The notes beneath the pieces were generated by a model. That model did no database searches. It was given only the letters and a program-made list of their open reading frames with translations, and was not told where the DNA came from. Below, piece after piece: positions 20,420 through 31,001 of a stretch of DNA of 64,000 bases. The position numbers and the translations under genes were made by a program. Within the stretch, counting starts at the first letter, position 1. Each line of letters starts with the position of its first letter. Source of the DNA: Phormidesmis sp. (GTDB taxonomy: Bacteria > Cyanobacteriota > Cyanobacteriia > Leptolyngbyales > Leptolyngbyaceae); the NCBI GenBank assembly GCA_965248535.1, contig CBDFJR010000005.1:896001-960000 (forward strand). Reading direction: 5' to 3'.

Positions 20420-21047
20420 CGTTAAATCTAGCGATCGCATCTCCATCGGCCAGACCACCCTGCCGATCGTCGAAACCTTTCACTCGGTTCAAGGCGAAGG
20501 TGCTTGGGTGGGAACCAATGCCTTCTTTATCCGGCTAGGAGGCTGTGATGTGGGCTGCTGGTTTTGCGACACTAAAGAATCTTGGAATCTGCGCCGACAC
20601 CCGCAGCGAGAAATTGCAGACTTAGTGGCAGCGGCGATCGCGGCCAATCCGGCGATCGTGGTGATCACAGGCGGCGAACCGTTGATGCACGATTTAACAG
20701 AGTTGAGCGACTTGCTGCACAACGCAGGTCTACGAGTCCATTTAGAAACGTCGGGTGCCCACCCTTTTAGTGGTCAGTTCGATTGGGTCACGCTGTCTCC
20801 TAAAGTCTCTAAGCCCCCTCACCAAAGCGTTTATGCCCACGCTAGCGAACTCAAAATCGTGGTTGCAAACCCTGATGATTTGACCTGGGCAGAACAGCAA
20901 TCGGTCAAGGTGTCAGCCGCCGTGATTCGCTATCTGCAAGCAGAATGGACTACGCCAGACAGTCGCGACCTGATTTTTGACTATGTGTTGCACCACCCCC
21001 AATGGCGAGTGAGTGTGCAAACTCACAAGCTGCTAGGAGTCCGATAG
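20412..21047 (+). CDS. queE: 7-carboxy-7-deazaguanine synthase (radical SAM)
   Basis: SVQGEG, CDVGCWFCDT, TGGEP and QTHK motifs. Confidence 0.92.
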   Translation: MINVKSSDRISIGQTTLPIVETFHSVQGEGAWVGTNAFFIRLGGCDVGCWFCDTKESWNLRRHPQREIADLVAAAIAANPAIVVITGGEPLMHDLTELSDLLHNAGLRVHLETSGAHPFSGQFDWVTLSPKVSKPPHQSVYAHASELKIVVANPDDLTWAEQQSVKVSAAVIRYLQAEWTTPDSRDLIFDYVLHHPQWRVSVQTHKLLGVR

Positions 21048-21692
21048 AGCGGCGATTTGCTCTCTGACCCACTTCCGAAATGCTTTGAGTGCAGCCCCTC
21101 TGCCTTCAGATTTGCTTTGCCCAATAAAGCGGGATATTGCTTCTATGATCAAAAAGTTTGGAAACGTCGGGCTAATTTGAGATTGAACATATTGATTGTC
21201 TTGAAGACGATCGATTCTCAAGATTCCGGCTTCATATCGCCAGAGTTCTGCGACACCTAGGGCTTGATAGGCATCTAATTGGGTTTTAGAGGTGACATCG
21301 ATCTCGATCGCTAAATCGGGTGGAGGGTCGATCGACAAATCGATTCTAGATTTTCCTCGCATCTGTTCAGGGTGCTGGATGTAAAAGCAGTTATCTGGCT
21401 CAATTCCTTGCCGCATCTCTGGTCGCTTAAAGGTGGTCGAGCCGAAACATTCACAGTCAATATCTAACTCTTCAAGCAATATTTTTACCAAATCTCCGAT
21501 GATTTCTTTGCTGACTTCATGCTCTGGCAGGGGAGCCATAATTTCTAACGTTCCTTTGCTGTAGGCCAATCGCGTGTTGCGGCGATCGCCCAGTTCTTCT
21601 AAAATCGCCTCAAACTCTGGCCAACTGACCTCTTCTAGCACCACTCGCTGCCCTGGCAAGACTCGAATTTGTCTCAGTTGAAGGGTGACCAT
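21033..21692 (-). CDS. Uma2 (DUF820) family endonuclease-like protein
   Basis: EIMAP, EPDNCFY, PPDLAIEID and GVAELWRY motifs. Confidence 0.9.
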   Translation of the reverse strand: MVTLQLRQIRVLPGQRVVLEEVSWPEFEAILEELGDRRNTRLAYSKGTLEIMAPLPEHEVSKEIIGDLVKILLEELDIDCECFGSTTFKRPEMRQGIEPDNCFYIQHPEQMRGKSRIDLSIDPPPDLAIEIDVTSKTQLDAYQALGVAELWRYEAGILRIDRLQDNQYVQSQISPTFPNFLIIEAISRFIGQSKSEGRGAALKAFRKWVREQIAALSDS

Positions 21693-21864
21693 TTTGGCTG
21701 CTTTGTCCTTACTTTCAACAGAACCTGAGTTTAGTTTGACACTCTCACCCTGCGCCCTTCCCGTCAAAGATTACGTTTTGTCAAGACAAATGAGAAATTA
21801 CTCTTCCTTTAAGACCCCGAAACTCGGTACACTACAAGATGAATTCTGAGATACCGCAATAAAT

Positions 21865-22350
21865 ATGAGCGTAGTTAGCCAAGTTATCCTTCAAGCCGAC
21901 GACGAACTCCGTTATCCCACGACTGGCGAGTTGAAAGGCATAAAAGAATTTTTTCAAACCGGGGTGCAGCGCACTCGCATCGTCGAAACTCTCTCATCTA
22001 ACGAGAAGAAGATCGTCGAGCAAGCTAGCAAAAGCCTTTGGAAAAAGCGCCCCGACTTTATCGCCCCTGGTGGCAACGCCTACGGCAACCGTGAACGCGC
22101 CCTCTGTCTGCGTGACTATGGCTGGTATCTCCGCCTGGTCACCTACGGTGTGTTAGCGGGTGACAAAGACCCGATCGAGAAAATTGGTTTGATCGGGGCC
22201 CGTGAGATGTATAACGCTTTGGGCGTTCCTGTTCCGGGCATGGCAGAGGCGATGCGCTGCCTTAGAGATGCGTCTCTGGCACTGTTGAGCAGTGAAGATG
22301 GGTTAGCAGTGGCTCCTTATTTTGACTACCTGATTCAGGGGATGTCTTAG
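21865..22350 (+). CDS. apcD: Allophycocyanin-B alpha subunit
   Basis: ADDELRYP...PGGNAYG...[12 protein letters not shown]. Confidence 0.92.
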   Translation: MSVVSQVILQADDELRYPTTGELKGIKEFFQTGVQRTRIVETLSSNEKKIVEQASKSLWKKRPDFIAPGGNAYGNRERALCLRDYGWYLRLVTYGVLAGDKDPIEKIGLIGAREMYNALGVPVPGMAEAMRCLRDASLALLSSEDGLAVAPYFDYLIQGMS

Positions 22351-22613
22351 GGCTGAGTCGCAAAAACTGAATAGGTTTGACTTCCCCACGATCGTGAGAA
22401 GTTTCTGGCTTGCTTTTGTCAGGATTTCTTGGATTGTGGGGTAATTTTTTATCGGTGCGGTTCCGAAACGAAGAGAGTCGAGGCTGATTCTTAAAGGGCG
22501 ATGACGCAATTGGCGGGATTTTCCCATTGCCACCTGCTTTTCGGAGGCAGCGCTCTGCCAGAAGACGCTAAATTTCTCACGCAGCTAGGGCCATCTTTGT
22601 TAAGGACTCACTA

Positions 22614-23792
22614 TTGATGAACACTCCACTCTCTGTTGCCCCGACGCTCGATCAGATTGCTCAGACTAAGCAAGCGATCGACGCTTATATTCAGACCGTT
22701 GCTGCCAACCCCGATCGCCGAGAGGGGGCTTATCCCTACTATCTGTTTCACGGGCCGGGTGAAGTGATTCGGGGTACGGTGATGCTATTTCATGGCTTCA
22801 GCGCTAAACCGCATCAGATGTGGAGATTGGCAGATTATCTCTTTCACAATGGGTTTAATGTTTATCAACCCTCGATCGCGGGTCACACGCTGATTAACCC
22901 GGCTAAAAACTGGTGTCAGGTTGATCTCAAGCCTGAATATGCCGATCCGCTTAAAAAAAGAGTTCAAGAAGACTCTGTTTTAAGCAACTACTTTAAGAAT
23001 TTGGCCGAGAATCCGACGGGCTTTTCTCGCCCTAATCGCTTGCAGCAAATGGCGCTGATGGCGCGTCTGCTGGTGCTTGAGCCGCGCTTGCCCGATATTG
23101 TCAAGTCTCTAGAAGTGCCTGACGATCCCGATTTTGACAAATATTTCATCTCGTCTCACGATCGCTATCTCACCGAAGCTCAAGCGCGACTCGCCGAACT
23201 GGATGCCATGCCCGGTGAGGTCTACACTGTGGGGCTGTCGGTTGGGGGCGCGGTGGCTTTGGGGTTGGCGGCGGCGCGACCCGATCGGGTGCGGCGGGTG
23301 GTGGCTTATGCGCCGCTGCTCAAGATCTATGGGCAAGAGCGCAGACAATATGTGAATCTAGCGGGGCCTTTGGATATTAGCGAATCGGGTTGGGATGCAA
23401 ATCTCCGGTTCCCGATCGGGGCCTTAACGGCCGCCGATCGCTTTGGCAGCAGCGTGGTTTTGGGAGATCAATCTATGCGATCGCTACAAAAAATGCCCAC
23501 GTTTTTGGTGTTGACCGAAAACGAAGATGCGGCAGATATTGACACCAACAAGGATTTCTACCAAAAAATTGGCGGTGAAGCTAACGGCAATGCTTTCTGT
23601 CTCTATGAAGCAAAAGACATGGTGCCTCACCCGATGGTTGACCCGACCGAGGTTAGCCAAAATATGAGCAACCGCTATTGGCAAAGTCTCTATCAAGAGA
23701 CGCTGCGCTTTTTAACCCAGGGTAAAGTGAGCGTGACGAATCTCAGCAGCGTCGAGCAGGATGCCGATCTGCCGATTGTGCCGCCTGTTTAG
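22614..23792 (+). CDS. Alpha/beta hydrolase
   Basis: FHGF and GLSVGG nucleophile elbow. Confidence 0.8.
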   Translation: MMNTPLSVAPTLDQIAQTKQAIDAYIQTVAANPDRREGAYPYYLFHGPGEVIRGTVMLFHGFSAKPHQMWRLADYLFHNGFNVYQPSIAGHTLINPAKNWCQVDLKPEYADPLKKRVQEDSVLSNYFKNLAENPTGFSRPNRLQQMALMARLLVLEPRLPDIVKSLEVPDDPDFDKYFISSHDRYLTEAQARLAELDAMPGEVYTVGLSVGGAVALGLAAARPDRVRRVVAYAPLLKIYGQERRQYVNLAGPLDISESGWDANLRFPIGALTAADRFGSSVVLGDQSMRSLQKMPTFLVLTENEDAADIDTNKDFYQKIGGEANGNAFCLYEAKDMVPHPMVDPTEVSQNMSNRYWQSLYQETLRFLTQGKVSVTNLSSVEQDADLPIVPPV

Positions 23793-24066
23793 AGGGCGTT
23801 TGGCAGAGGCGCAAGGGTTGCGCCTCTGGGTCGCAGCCGGATTTTTTTAACGTCAGTTCGGCAGAGGTAGTTCGCTCCGGTTATAAATCTAGTGGGGGAT
23901 TTGGGGGACTTTGAAGGGGAAGTCTTGGCTCAAAGTCCCTCACTCGTGGGGGATTTGGGGGGCAGAATTTGCTGAGAACGAAGCGAAAAAACTCGTCGAA
24001 TTCACGTTTCTCTATAGCCCTGATTTGTTGGCAAAGGATTCTTTGTAGAAACAATTCCACCCATCA

Positions 24067-24837
24067 TCAAGCTGTTTTAAAGAAGCGAATGATCTCGCGC
24101 ACATGGTCGAGAAACTGTCCGTCTGTCGTGAGTTGGGCGATCGCTTGTTGGGCCTCGCGAGATAAGCGATCGTGGTCGGCTTGATTGGTCGATCTCAACG
24201 TCTCTTGACTCGCCGCCACGCTAGTTAAATCATGACGAAGCGCCTCTGACTGACGCTGCTGACTAGAGACCCAAGAACTTGGATCTTCGGGATCGAGTTG
24301 GGAGGCTAACCGCTCTACCGTTGCTTCTAATTGCTGAAATCGGCTCCGCAGTTCCATCACATCTTCGCGGGGGTAGTGAAACTGCTGTCTCAGCATCGCA
24401 ATGCGAGCGGCAAAATATTGGTAAGTTCTCACCGCCGGGCGCAGCACCGTCAACAGCAGCGCCGCTCCAGAACTGACGTAGCCCACTTGACTGATCCCCG
24501 CAGCCGCCAGCCCATACAGTCCGATCGCTGAAAATAGGTGCAGCGCAATGATCACCCAGCCCGATCGCTGGGCAACAACTCGAATATAGGCAACTTGCCG
24601 CTGATCAACCGGAATGCCGTTTTCTTCTGAGAGAGCAGCTTCTGAGAGAGCTTCTTTGGCATCAAAATAAATGTTCCAGGGAATGGTGACGATCGCCAGC
24701 AGCCAGCCAAAACTTGCGGCAGCGATCGCCCAATCTACAAAACTCCCCGTCGGAATCTGCAACCAGTGCAGCCCCCCAAACAGCAGCAGCAAAAGGGTCA
24801 CAAATCCAAAACTCAAGCTCAAATAGCTAGAATACAT
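24067..24837 (-). CDS. Membrane protein with C-terminal coiled coil
   Basis: Several hydrophobic segments followed by heptad-like sequence. Confidence 0.7.
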   Translation of the reverse strand: MYSSYLSLSFGFVTLLLLLFGGLHWLQIPTGSFVDWAIAAASFGWLLAIVTIPWNIYFDAKEALSEAALSEENGIPVDQRQVAYIRVVAQRSGWVIIALHLFSAIGLYGLAAAGISQVGYVSSGAALLLTVLRPAVRTYQYFAARIAMLRQQFHYPREDVMELRSRFQQLEATVERLASQLDPEDPSSWVSSQQRQSEALRHDLTSVAASQETLRSTNQADHDRLSREAQQAIAQLTTDGQFLDHVREIIRFFKTA

Positions 24838-24920
24838 CGCGGTCTCCCGAAGATCGTTGTCTCGATCGTGATCAGAAAAACCGGGATAGTTAAAGATTTT
24901 GTGCCACTTCTGAGAGTTTC

Positions 24921-25148
24921 CTAGTCAATGGAAATTGACTGAGGCCCGTTGCCGTTGCCGCTGTGAGCACCACTGCCCGACGCGGAATAAGACGCTGTGC
25001 CTGTCTGCTCGTCTAGCCAACCTTTTACTGGGTCATCAGCCAGACTCAGGCGCAACAGCCCTGACACCAGCCCGCCAAAGAAGGCAACTGGCTGCTGAGT
25101 GATCTCTTTGATCAGGGGTGAGAGTTCATCAAAGAACATAAGCGACAT
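24921..25148 (-). CDS. Small conserved cyanobacterial hypothetical protein
   Basis: QPVAFFGGLVSGLLRLSLADDPV...GPQSISID. Confidence 0.7.
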   Translation of the reverse strand: MSLMFFDELSPLIKEITQQPVAFFGGLVSGLLRLSLADDPVKGWLDEQTGTASYSASGSGAHSGNGNGPQSISID

Positions 25149-25273
25149 TCCTTTAGGGTTGACCTTGAGATTCTTTCTGGATGGTAGCGCGTCTGCTAGC
25201 TGAGTGGGCGATCGATCAATTGGCTAGCTTTTCAAACAGTTGGTCAAAGCACTCGGCAGACAAACCAAGCGAG

Positions 25274-26661
25274 TTGACACTCCTCGGCGTGAACGCAGGA
25301 GGATTCTTCTCTCTACGATTCAACTTGCCCAAGCAGGATTGCTCCAGCTAGAGTAGCGGTCAAATCTCCAGAAGCGTTGCTTGCATCGAGTGCAAAGGTT
25401 CCAGTGTGCCCCACCGTACCCAATCCTGAGTGAAGGATGTTTATTCCAGCGTTGTGATCTCGGTCTAGAACGCAGCCACACTGACAAGCGTGAGTGCGAG
25501 TAGACAAAGACTTCTTCACGATTGCGCCACAGTCAAAGCATTCTTGAGACGTGTAGGCAGGATTCACCGCAATGGTGATTCTGCCAAACACTTTCCCGAA
25601 ATACTCTAACCAAACTCTGAACTGATACCATCCCGCGTCATTGATTGACTTTGCGAGACAGTGGTTCTTGACCATGTTCTTGATCCTCAAGTCTTCGTAG
25701 ACGACTACATCGTTAGATGTGATGACGCACCTTGCCAACTTCACGGCATGGTCTTTACGCTGTCTACTTATCTTGAGGTGAACTTTTCCAAGCAGGGTTC
25801 TCGCTTTCCGTCTGTTGCTAGACCCTTTCGCCTTGCGAGAAACGAGACGCTGTGAGCGCTTCAGCTTAATTGCACCGTTCGGTAGAATCGAGGATTCGGG
25901 GCTTTGTTGCCCAGGGAATCGGTGTAGAAGCTCTCTAGCCCAACATCTAACCCAATGGTTTGATGGCTGGGTGCAATCACTTCTACTCGGTCAACCGACA
26001 CGCAGAATTGAACATACACGCCATCGGCTCTCTTTACCAATCTGACCCGTTTAATTTGGTCAGACTGATAGAAATGCAGGTCACGAGTACCTTTCAGCTT
26101 GAGGGTTCCAATCCCTTTTTTATCGGTGAATGTGATGGCTTTCCGGTTCTCAGCCAGCTTCCAGCCTGACGACTTGTACTCAATGGAACGGTTGTCTTTC
26201 TGGAATTTGGGAAACGCTTTTTTGCCAGGAATCTGCTTCTTGCAGTTGTTGTAAAACCGAGCAATGGCTGACCAAGCTCGTTCTGCACTGGCTTGTCTTG
26301 CCATTGAGTTGAGTTCATCGGCAAAGGGAAACTCTTTTGCCAGGACAGCACAATATTTGTTGAGGTCGTACTGAGTCTTGCCCAACCCATCCATCCAAAA
26401 GCGCAGGGCTTTGTTGCGAATGAATTGAACGGTTCTTAACGCCTCGTCAATGGCGCTGAACTGCTGTGATTTTCCGTAAGCTTTGAACTCCAAAACGAGC
26501 ATGATTGGTTCCTGTTTCAACCTGGTTTTATGTTATCACGGCTGACATAAAACGTATTGAGCATCTTTCTGTGGGAATCATTGAGAGATGGGGCGCTGGA
26601 TTGAGCGCCCACGGCTTATATCCCTGCCCTAAAGGGATCAGGGTTTTACGCCTGCTTTTCG
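25274..26661 (-). mobile_element. IS200/IS605-family TnpB-only (IS1341-like) element
   Basis: Right-end hairpin ending GTGTCAA at 25274; left-end hairpin ~26622-26643 with TTAT just outside; no tnpA. Confidence 0.8.
25313..26502 (-). pseudogene. tnpB: TnpB RNA-guided nuclease with a frameshift near 25875
   Basis: GLDVG, YEDL, TSQEC..C, CQCG..DRDHNA; one added base restores FYRTGAIKLKRSQR. Confidence 0.88.
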
Positions 26662-26704
26662 ATAAGATAGAAACTGGTCTATCGTGCCACAAGGGGTGTC
26701 ACCT

Positions 26705-27496
26705 GTGCTGAAAGCGCTGACTGCTGACTTTAGAATCATCTTCGATCGTGACCCTGCCGCCCGCAATTGGCTAGAAGTCTTGTTTTGCTATCCGGGTTTG
26801 CAAGCGTTAGTTCTGCATCGTTTTGCCCACTGGCTTTATTTATCAGGATTGCCGTTTGTGCCCCGGTTTATCTCTCATCTGGCTCGATTTTTTACAGGAA
26901 TTGAGATCCACCCTGGCGCGACGATCGGGACGGGTGTTTTCATCGATCACGGCATGGGGGTTGTGATTGGCGAAACGGCGATCGTGGGTGACTATGCGCT
27001 GATCTATCAAGGCGTAACTCTGGGCGGCACCGGAAAGGAAAGCGGCAAACGCCATCCCACTTTGGGCGAAAACGTTATCGTCGGCGCAGGAGCCAAAGTT
27101 TTAGGAAATCTGCAAATCGGCGACAATGTGCGAATCGGGGCTGGGTCGGTGGTGCTGCGAGATGTGCCCTCTGATTGCACCGTGGTTGGCGTTCCGGGTC
27201 GGATTGTCTTTCGCTCAGGTGAGCGCGTCGAGCCGCTAGAGCACGGGCGACTCCCCGATTCTGAAGCTCAGGTAATTCGCGCTCTGGTTGATCGCATTGA
27301 GTCGTTAGAGCAAACCCTGCAACTGGTGCAAACTCGCCAATCACTGGCAGATTGCTATGCAATGGCGGCAGTGAGATCTCCAGAAGCCTCTCAAAGTTTG
27401 ATCTCTCCTCCCCCCGCAGCCGGGACGGATGCACCGTCAACCTGTCGATTGAGCAACCGGGCGATCGAAGAATTTCTAGACGGCTCAGGGATCTAG
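26705..27496 (+). CDS. cysE: Serine O-acetyltransferase
   Basis: [24 protein letters not shown] and GKRHP motifs. Confidence 0.95.
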   Translation: MLKALTADFRIIFDRDPAARNWLEVLFCYPGLQALVLHRFAHWLYLSGLPFVPRFISHLARFFTGIEIHPGATIGTGVFIDHGMGVVIGETAIVGDYALIYQGVTLGGTGKESGKRHPTLGENVIVGAGAKVLGNLQIGDNVRIGAGSVVLRDVPSDCTVVGVPGRIVFRSGERVEPLEHGRLPDSEAQVIRALVDRIESLEQTLQLVQTRQSLADCYAMAAVRSPEASQSLISPPPAAGTDAPSTCRLSNRAIEEFLDGSGI

Positions 27497-27498
27497 TG

Positions 27499-27531
27499 AG
27501 ATCTCCGGCTTCTCACAGAAGCCGGAGATCT
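27499..27531. repeat. 15-bp-arm palindrome between convergent genes; related copy at 30773-30805
   Basis: AGATCTCCGGCTTCT-cac-AGAAGCCGGAGATCT versus AGATCCCCGACTTC-tccag-GAAGTCGGGGATCT. Confidence 0.75.
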
Positions 27532-27535
27532 TAAT

Positions 27536-28111
27536 TCAAGGGTTTACTTCTTGCTTGCTCCAGCTACGATCGTTTGCCTGGTGATAGAGAAACCGATTTT
27601 GCGGGTTTCCTCTCAGTTCTAAATGGTCAACCTGAGTGGGATCTAATAGCAGCAAACAAAAGTGCGGTAATGGTTCGGTTTGGCTTGGGGTCGGAGGTGA
27701 CAACGCTTCGGTTTTGGGTTTGCCAGGGTGCGCCCAATCAAACTGCACCCGCGCACTGTCAGACAAGGTTTGCCACATCGATCGCCGCGCCTGCTGTAGC
27801 GCCTCGTCGGGAGTGTCATGTTTGGCGATCGTCAACGTTCCTAATAATCGAAACTGCTCACGAGTGTTAGGAAAATACCAGCAGACTTCTGCCCAAGGAG
27901 AGTGAGCGATCTGCTCAATTTTTTCGCTGCGATCGTCGGCAATAAACTTCAGTTGATTGGTGTCGTCTTGAAAGCCTCGAAACACAACGGTGCGGTTGGC
28001 AGGTTTGCCGTCAAGACGCACTGTGGCAAGCTGTAGATAACGGGCATAGACGAGAGAACGATTGCGGTGAAGAGCACGAGCGATCGGCGATCGCCAGGGG
28101 GCAAGAGACAT
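27536..28111 (-). CDS. Pyridoxamine 5'-phosphate oxidase-like FMN-binding protein
   Basis: QLATV..P.NRTVVFRGF, EQFR and VDHLEL motifs. Confidence 0.85.
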   Translation of the reverse strand: MSLAPWRSPIARALHRNRSLVYARYLQLATVRLDGKPANRTVVFRGFQDDTNQLKFIADDRSEKIEQIAHSPWAEVCWYFPNTREQFRLLGTLTIAKHDTPDEALQQARRSMWQTLSDSARVQFDWAHPGKPKTEALSPPTPSQTEPLPHFCLLLLDPTQVDHLELRGNPQNRFLYHQANDRSWSKQEVNP

Positions 28112-28289
28112 TGACGCTAAACCTTAAGAGAACAGGAACGGTTCACAAAAAACCGTGGGCATTAGCGTCATTATAGAAGTCTTAAAAAATGATTTTAGGG
28201 GTCTCGATCAAGGATTAAATTGCGTCTGTGCTCCTGTCGATCTCTGGATAATTTATTTGTACTATAAAAAGATTGATTGTCAAAATCAG

Positions 28290-28305
28290 ATACTAGATGT
28301 AGAGT
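28290..28305 (+). promoter_or_regulatory. Candidate NrdR box
   Basis: ATACTAGATGTAGAGT resembles the acaCwAtATaTwGtgt consensus; lies upstream of nrdJ. Confidence 0.55.
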
Positions 28306-28387
28306 GTATGAACTTATTTTTATCATAACCACGCAGCGTATAGCGTTAAGTCATTTCAGCGATCACCCCTGACACACGGAGTCACTC

Positions 28388-30712
28388 ATGGTTCGAGACA
28401 TTATCAGACCCAAAGATATTTCTGACTCAAATCGTCAAGATATCGGTCAGTTCGATGGGCAATTTCCGGTTTCTGCTCCGGCTGCCAATCCGGTTTTTTA
28501 TCGCACTTATAGCCGCAAGCTGAGTGACGATCGCCGCGAATCATGGCAGCAAGTCAGTCACCGCACCATTCAGGGTATGACTGAGCTAGGGCAATTTACC
28601 CCAGACGAGCGGGCACTGGTCGAAAAAATGCAGCAGACCATGCGCTGTTTGCCGTCGGGTCGCTGGCTGTGGGTCGGCGGCACAGGCTGGATCGAGAAGC
28701 CCGAAAACTTCTCAGGGGCCTATAACTGCACCAGCACCAACGTCATCGACTGGAAAGCCTTTGGGCTGATGATGGATCTGGCTATGATGGGCTGCGGCAC
28801 CGGAGCCGTGCTTGAGGCGAAGTATACCCATCAGTTGCCTGCCATCCGCCATTGCCTAGTGGTCAAGCACGTTAGCGATATTGGCACCACGCCCGTTGAG
28901 CAGCGTCAAGAAAAAACGCAGGTGACAGTGGATGGGCACCAAGTCACTATTCGCGTCGGTGACAGTCGTCAGGGCTGGGTCGCGTCTTATCAAAGCCTGT
29001 TAGAACTCTGCACCGACGATCGCTTCACAGGTGAGGTCGAGGTGACGATCGATCTGAGTCATGTTCGCCCGGCCGGAGAGCGGCTTAAAGGCTTTGGCGG
29101 CATGGCAAATCCCGTTCGCCTACCGGGGCTGTATGAACGCTGCACCAAAATTCTCAACCGGGCGATCGGGCGGCAACTCACCTCGATCGAGACCTGTTTG
29201 CTGATCGATGAAGCGGCTGCCTGCGTTGTTGCTGGAAACATTCGCCGATCGGCAGGGATGCGTCAGGGCGGCAGCGAAGACACCGAGTTTGCAGGCGCTA
29301 AAGAGAATCTGTGGCAGCAAGACGCTAAGGGCAATTGGCGCATCGACCCCGATCGTGATGCCCTGAGAATGGCTAATCACACCCGCGTTTATCACCATCA
29401 GCCCACGGCTCAAGAATGTGTCGATGCCGTGCGTAAGCAGTTTTATTCAGGGGAAGGGGCGATTCAATATGCGCCGGAAGCGATTGCCCGATCGAATGCA
29501 GACATTCTTACCACCCCTGAGTTGAAAACCGAGTTTCTACGAACTTACAACGTGGGTCAAGGGCAACAATGGATACAAGAGAGACATCCAGAAATGTCTA
29601 CTCAAGAATTGGAGCATCGGTTAGGACGCTATGGTCTAAACCCTTGTGGAGAAATAATCGGCGAAAACTTCCACTGTAATTTGTCTGAAGTTCACCTTAA
29701 TCAACTTGATCCGTTTGACCACAAAGAGCAAGAAGAAGCATTTACCGCCGGGGCGCTGTCGGTTGCGGCACTGCTCAACCACACCTTTCAAGAGCCGCGC
29801 TATCAATATTCTCGTGAGCTTGACCCGATCGTGGGAGTCTCCTTCACGGGGCTGTTTGACTTTTTTGTCAATGCCTTTGGCGTAGAGTGGCTGCACTGGT
29901 GGGAAGCGGGCAGACCCGATACGGTCAATGGCCTGGAGTTTCGGCAAAAAGAGCAAGATTATCTGACTCGCTGGCGCACGATCGTGCATCAAGTGGTGTG
30001 GGAGTATTGCGATCGCCACGGCATCAAGCGTCCTAATCGCTGCACGACGGTGCAACCTGCGGGCACAAAGTCGCTGCTGACGGGCGCAAGTCCGGGGTGG
30101 CATCCCCCTAAGGCCCAGCGCTTCATTCGGCGCATTACATTCCGCAAAAACGATCCGGTGGCGATGGCTTGTTTAGATTATGGTTACAGCATTGTGCCGT
30201 CGCAGTCTGACAAAGACGAGACGGGCAGTTTGCTCAATGACCCGTTTGACCCGCGCTGCACTGAGTGGCTGGTCGAGATTCCGGTGGAGGTGCCTTGGGC
30301 GGTGTTGCCCGGAGCCGATCAGGTAGAGATTGAAAAATTCTCTGCGGTGGCTCAAATGGATTTTTATATGCAGGTGCAGCGGTTTTACACCACCCATAAC
30401 ACGAGTGCGACGATCGAGCTTCGAGAAGACGAGATCGATGCGCTGGCGGCAAAAATCTATCACGCGATCGAGCATCACGAAGGCTACATCAGTGCTGCTT
30501 TGTTGGCCCGATTTGATGCGCCGTTTCCACGGTTGCCCTTTGAAAAGATCGATCGTGAAACCTATGAGCAGCTTCAGCAAGCCGTCAAGGATCGGCAAAA
30601 GACCGCAGATTTTTATGGGGCGCTGACTCGCTATGATTCGGGTGAGGTGGCGGCTGAAGGCCCGGCGGGTTGCGATAGCGACAAATGCATGATGCCTGAA
30701 AAGCAAGGATAA
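28388..30712 (+). CDS. nrdJ: Class II B12-dependent ribonucleoside-triphosphate reductase, intein-free
   Basis: RTYSR, AYNCT, LNPCGEI, TTVQPAGT and C-terminal GCDSDKC. Confidence 0.93.
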   Translation: MVRDIIRPKDISDSNRQDIGQFDGQFPVSAPAANPVFYRTYSRKLSDDRRESWQQVSHRTIQGMTELGQFTPDERALVEKMQQTMRCLPSGRWLWVGGTGWIEKPENFSGAYNCTSTNVIDWKAFGLMMDLAMMGCGTGAVLEAKYTHQLPAIRHCLVVKHVSDIGTTPVEQRQEKTQVTVDGHQVTIRVGDSRQGWVASYQSLLELCTDDRFTGEVEVTIDLSHVRPAGERLKGFGGMANPVRLPGLYERCTKILNRAIGRQLTSIETCLLIDEAAACVVAGNIRRSAGMRQGGSEDTEFAGAKENLWQQDAKGNWRIDPDRDALRMANHTRVYHHQPTAQECVDAVRKQFYSGEGAIQYAPEAIARSNADILTTPELKTEFLRTYNVGQGQQWIQERHPEMSTQELEHRLGRYGLNPCGEIIGENFHCNLSEVHLNQLDPFDHKEQEEAFTAGALSVAALLNHTFQEPRYQYSRELDPIVGVSFTGLFDFFVNAFGVEWLHWWEAGRPDTVNGLEFRQKEQDYLTRWRTIVHQVVWEYCDRHGIKRPNRCTTVQPAGTKSLLTGASPGWHPPKAQRFIRRITFRKNDPVAMACLDYGYSIVPSQSDKDETGSLLNDPFDPRCTEWLVEIPVEVPWAVLPGADQVEIEKFSAVAQMDFYMQVQRFYTTHNTSATIELREDEIDALAAKIYHAIEHHEGYISAALLARFDAPFPRLPFEKIDRETYEQLQQAVKDRQKTADFYGALTRYDSGEVAAEGPAGCDSDKCMMPEKQG

Positions 30713-31001
30713 CTTGATTGCGCCCCTTCAATACCGTCTCTGTGTCGCCCTTCTAACCCCCACGAAAGGCTAAGATCCCCGACTTCTCCAGGAAGTCGGG
30801 GATCTGGTTTTCTTACTTCTTGATCTGGGATTAATAAAACCACGATCTGTGCGATCGTAGAGGACTGCCCAAGATTTTCGTAAGGGCATGGCGTTGTTGT
30901 GCCCTTTGCCTGGGCTAGTCATCGATATTGGTTAACTCACAATCCCAATCTGATTCCAGGTTTGTCTCAACCGCTCCGTCACAGTCAATCTACAAAAATT
31001 T

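Noticed and set aside
28388..30712. Intein in NrdJ
   Set aside because: NPCGE and flanking motifs are contiguous, and no splicing or LAGLIDADG blocks are visible.
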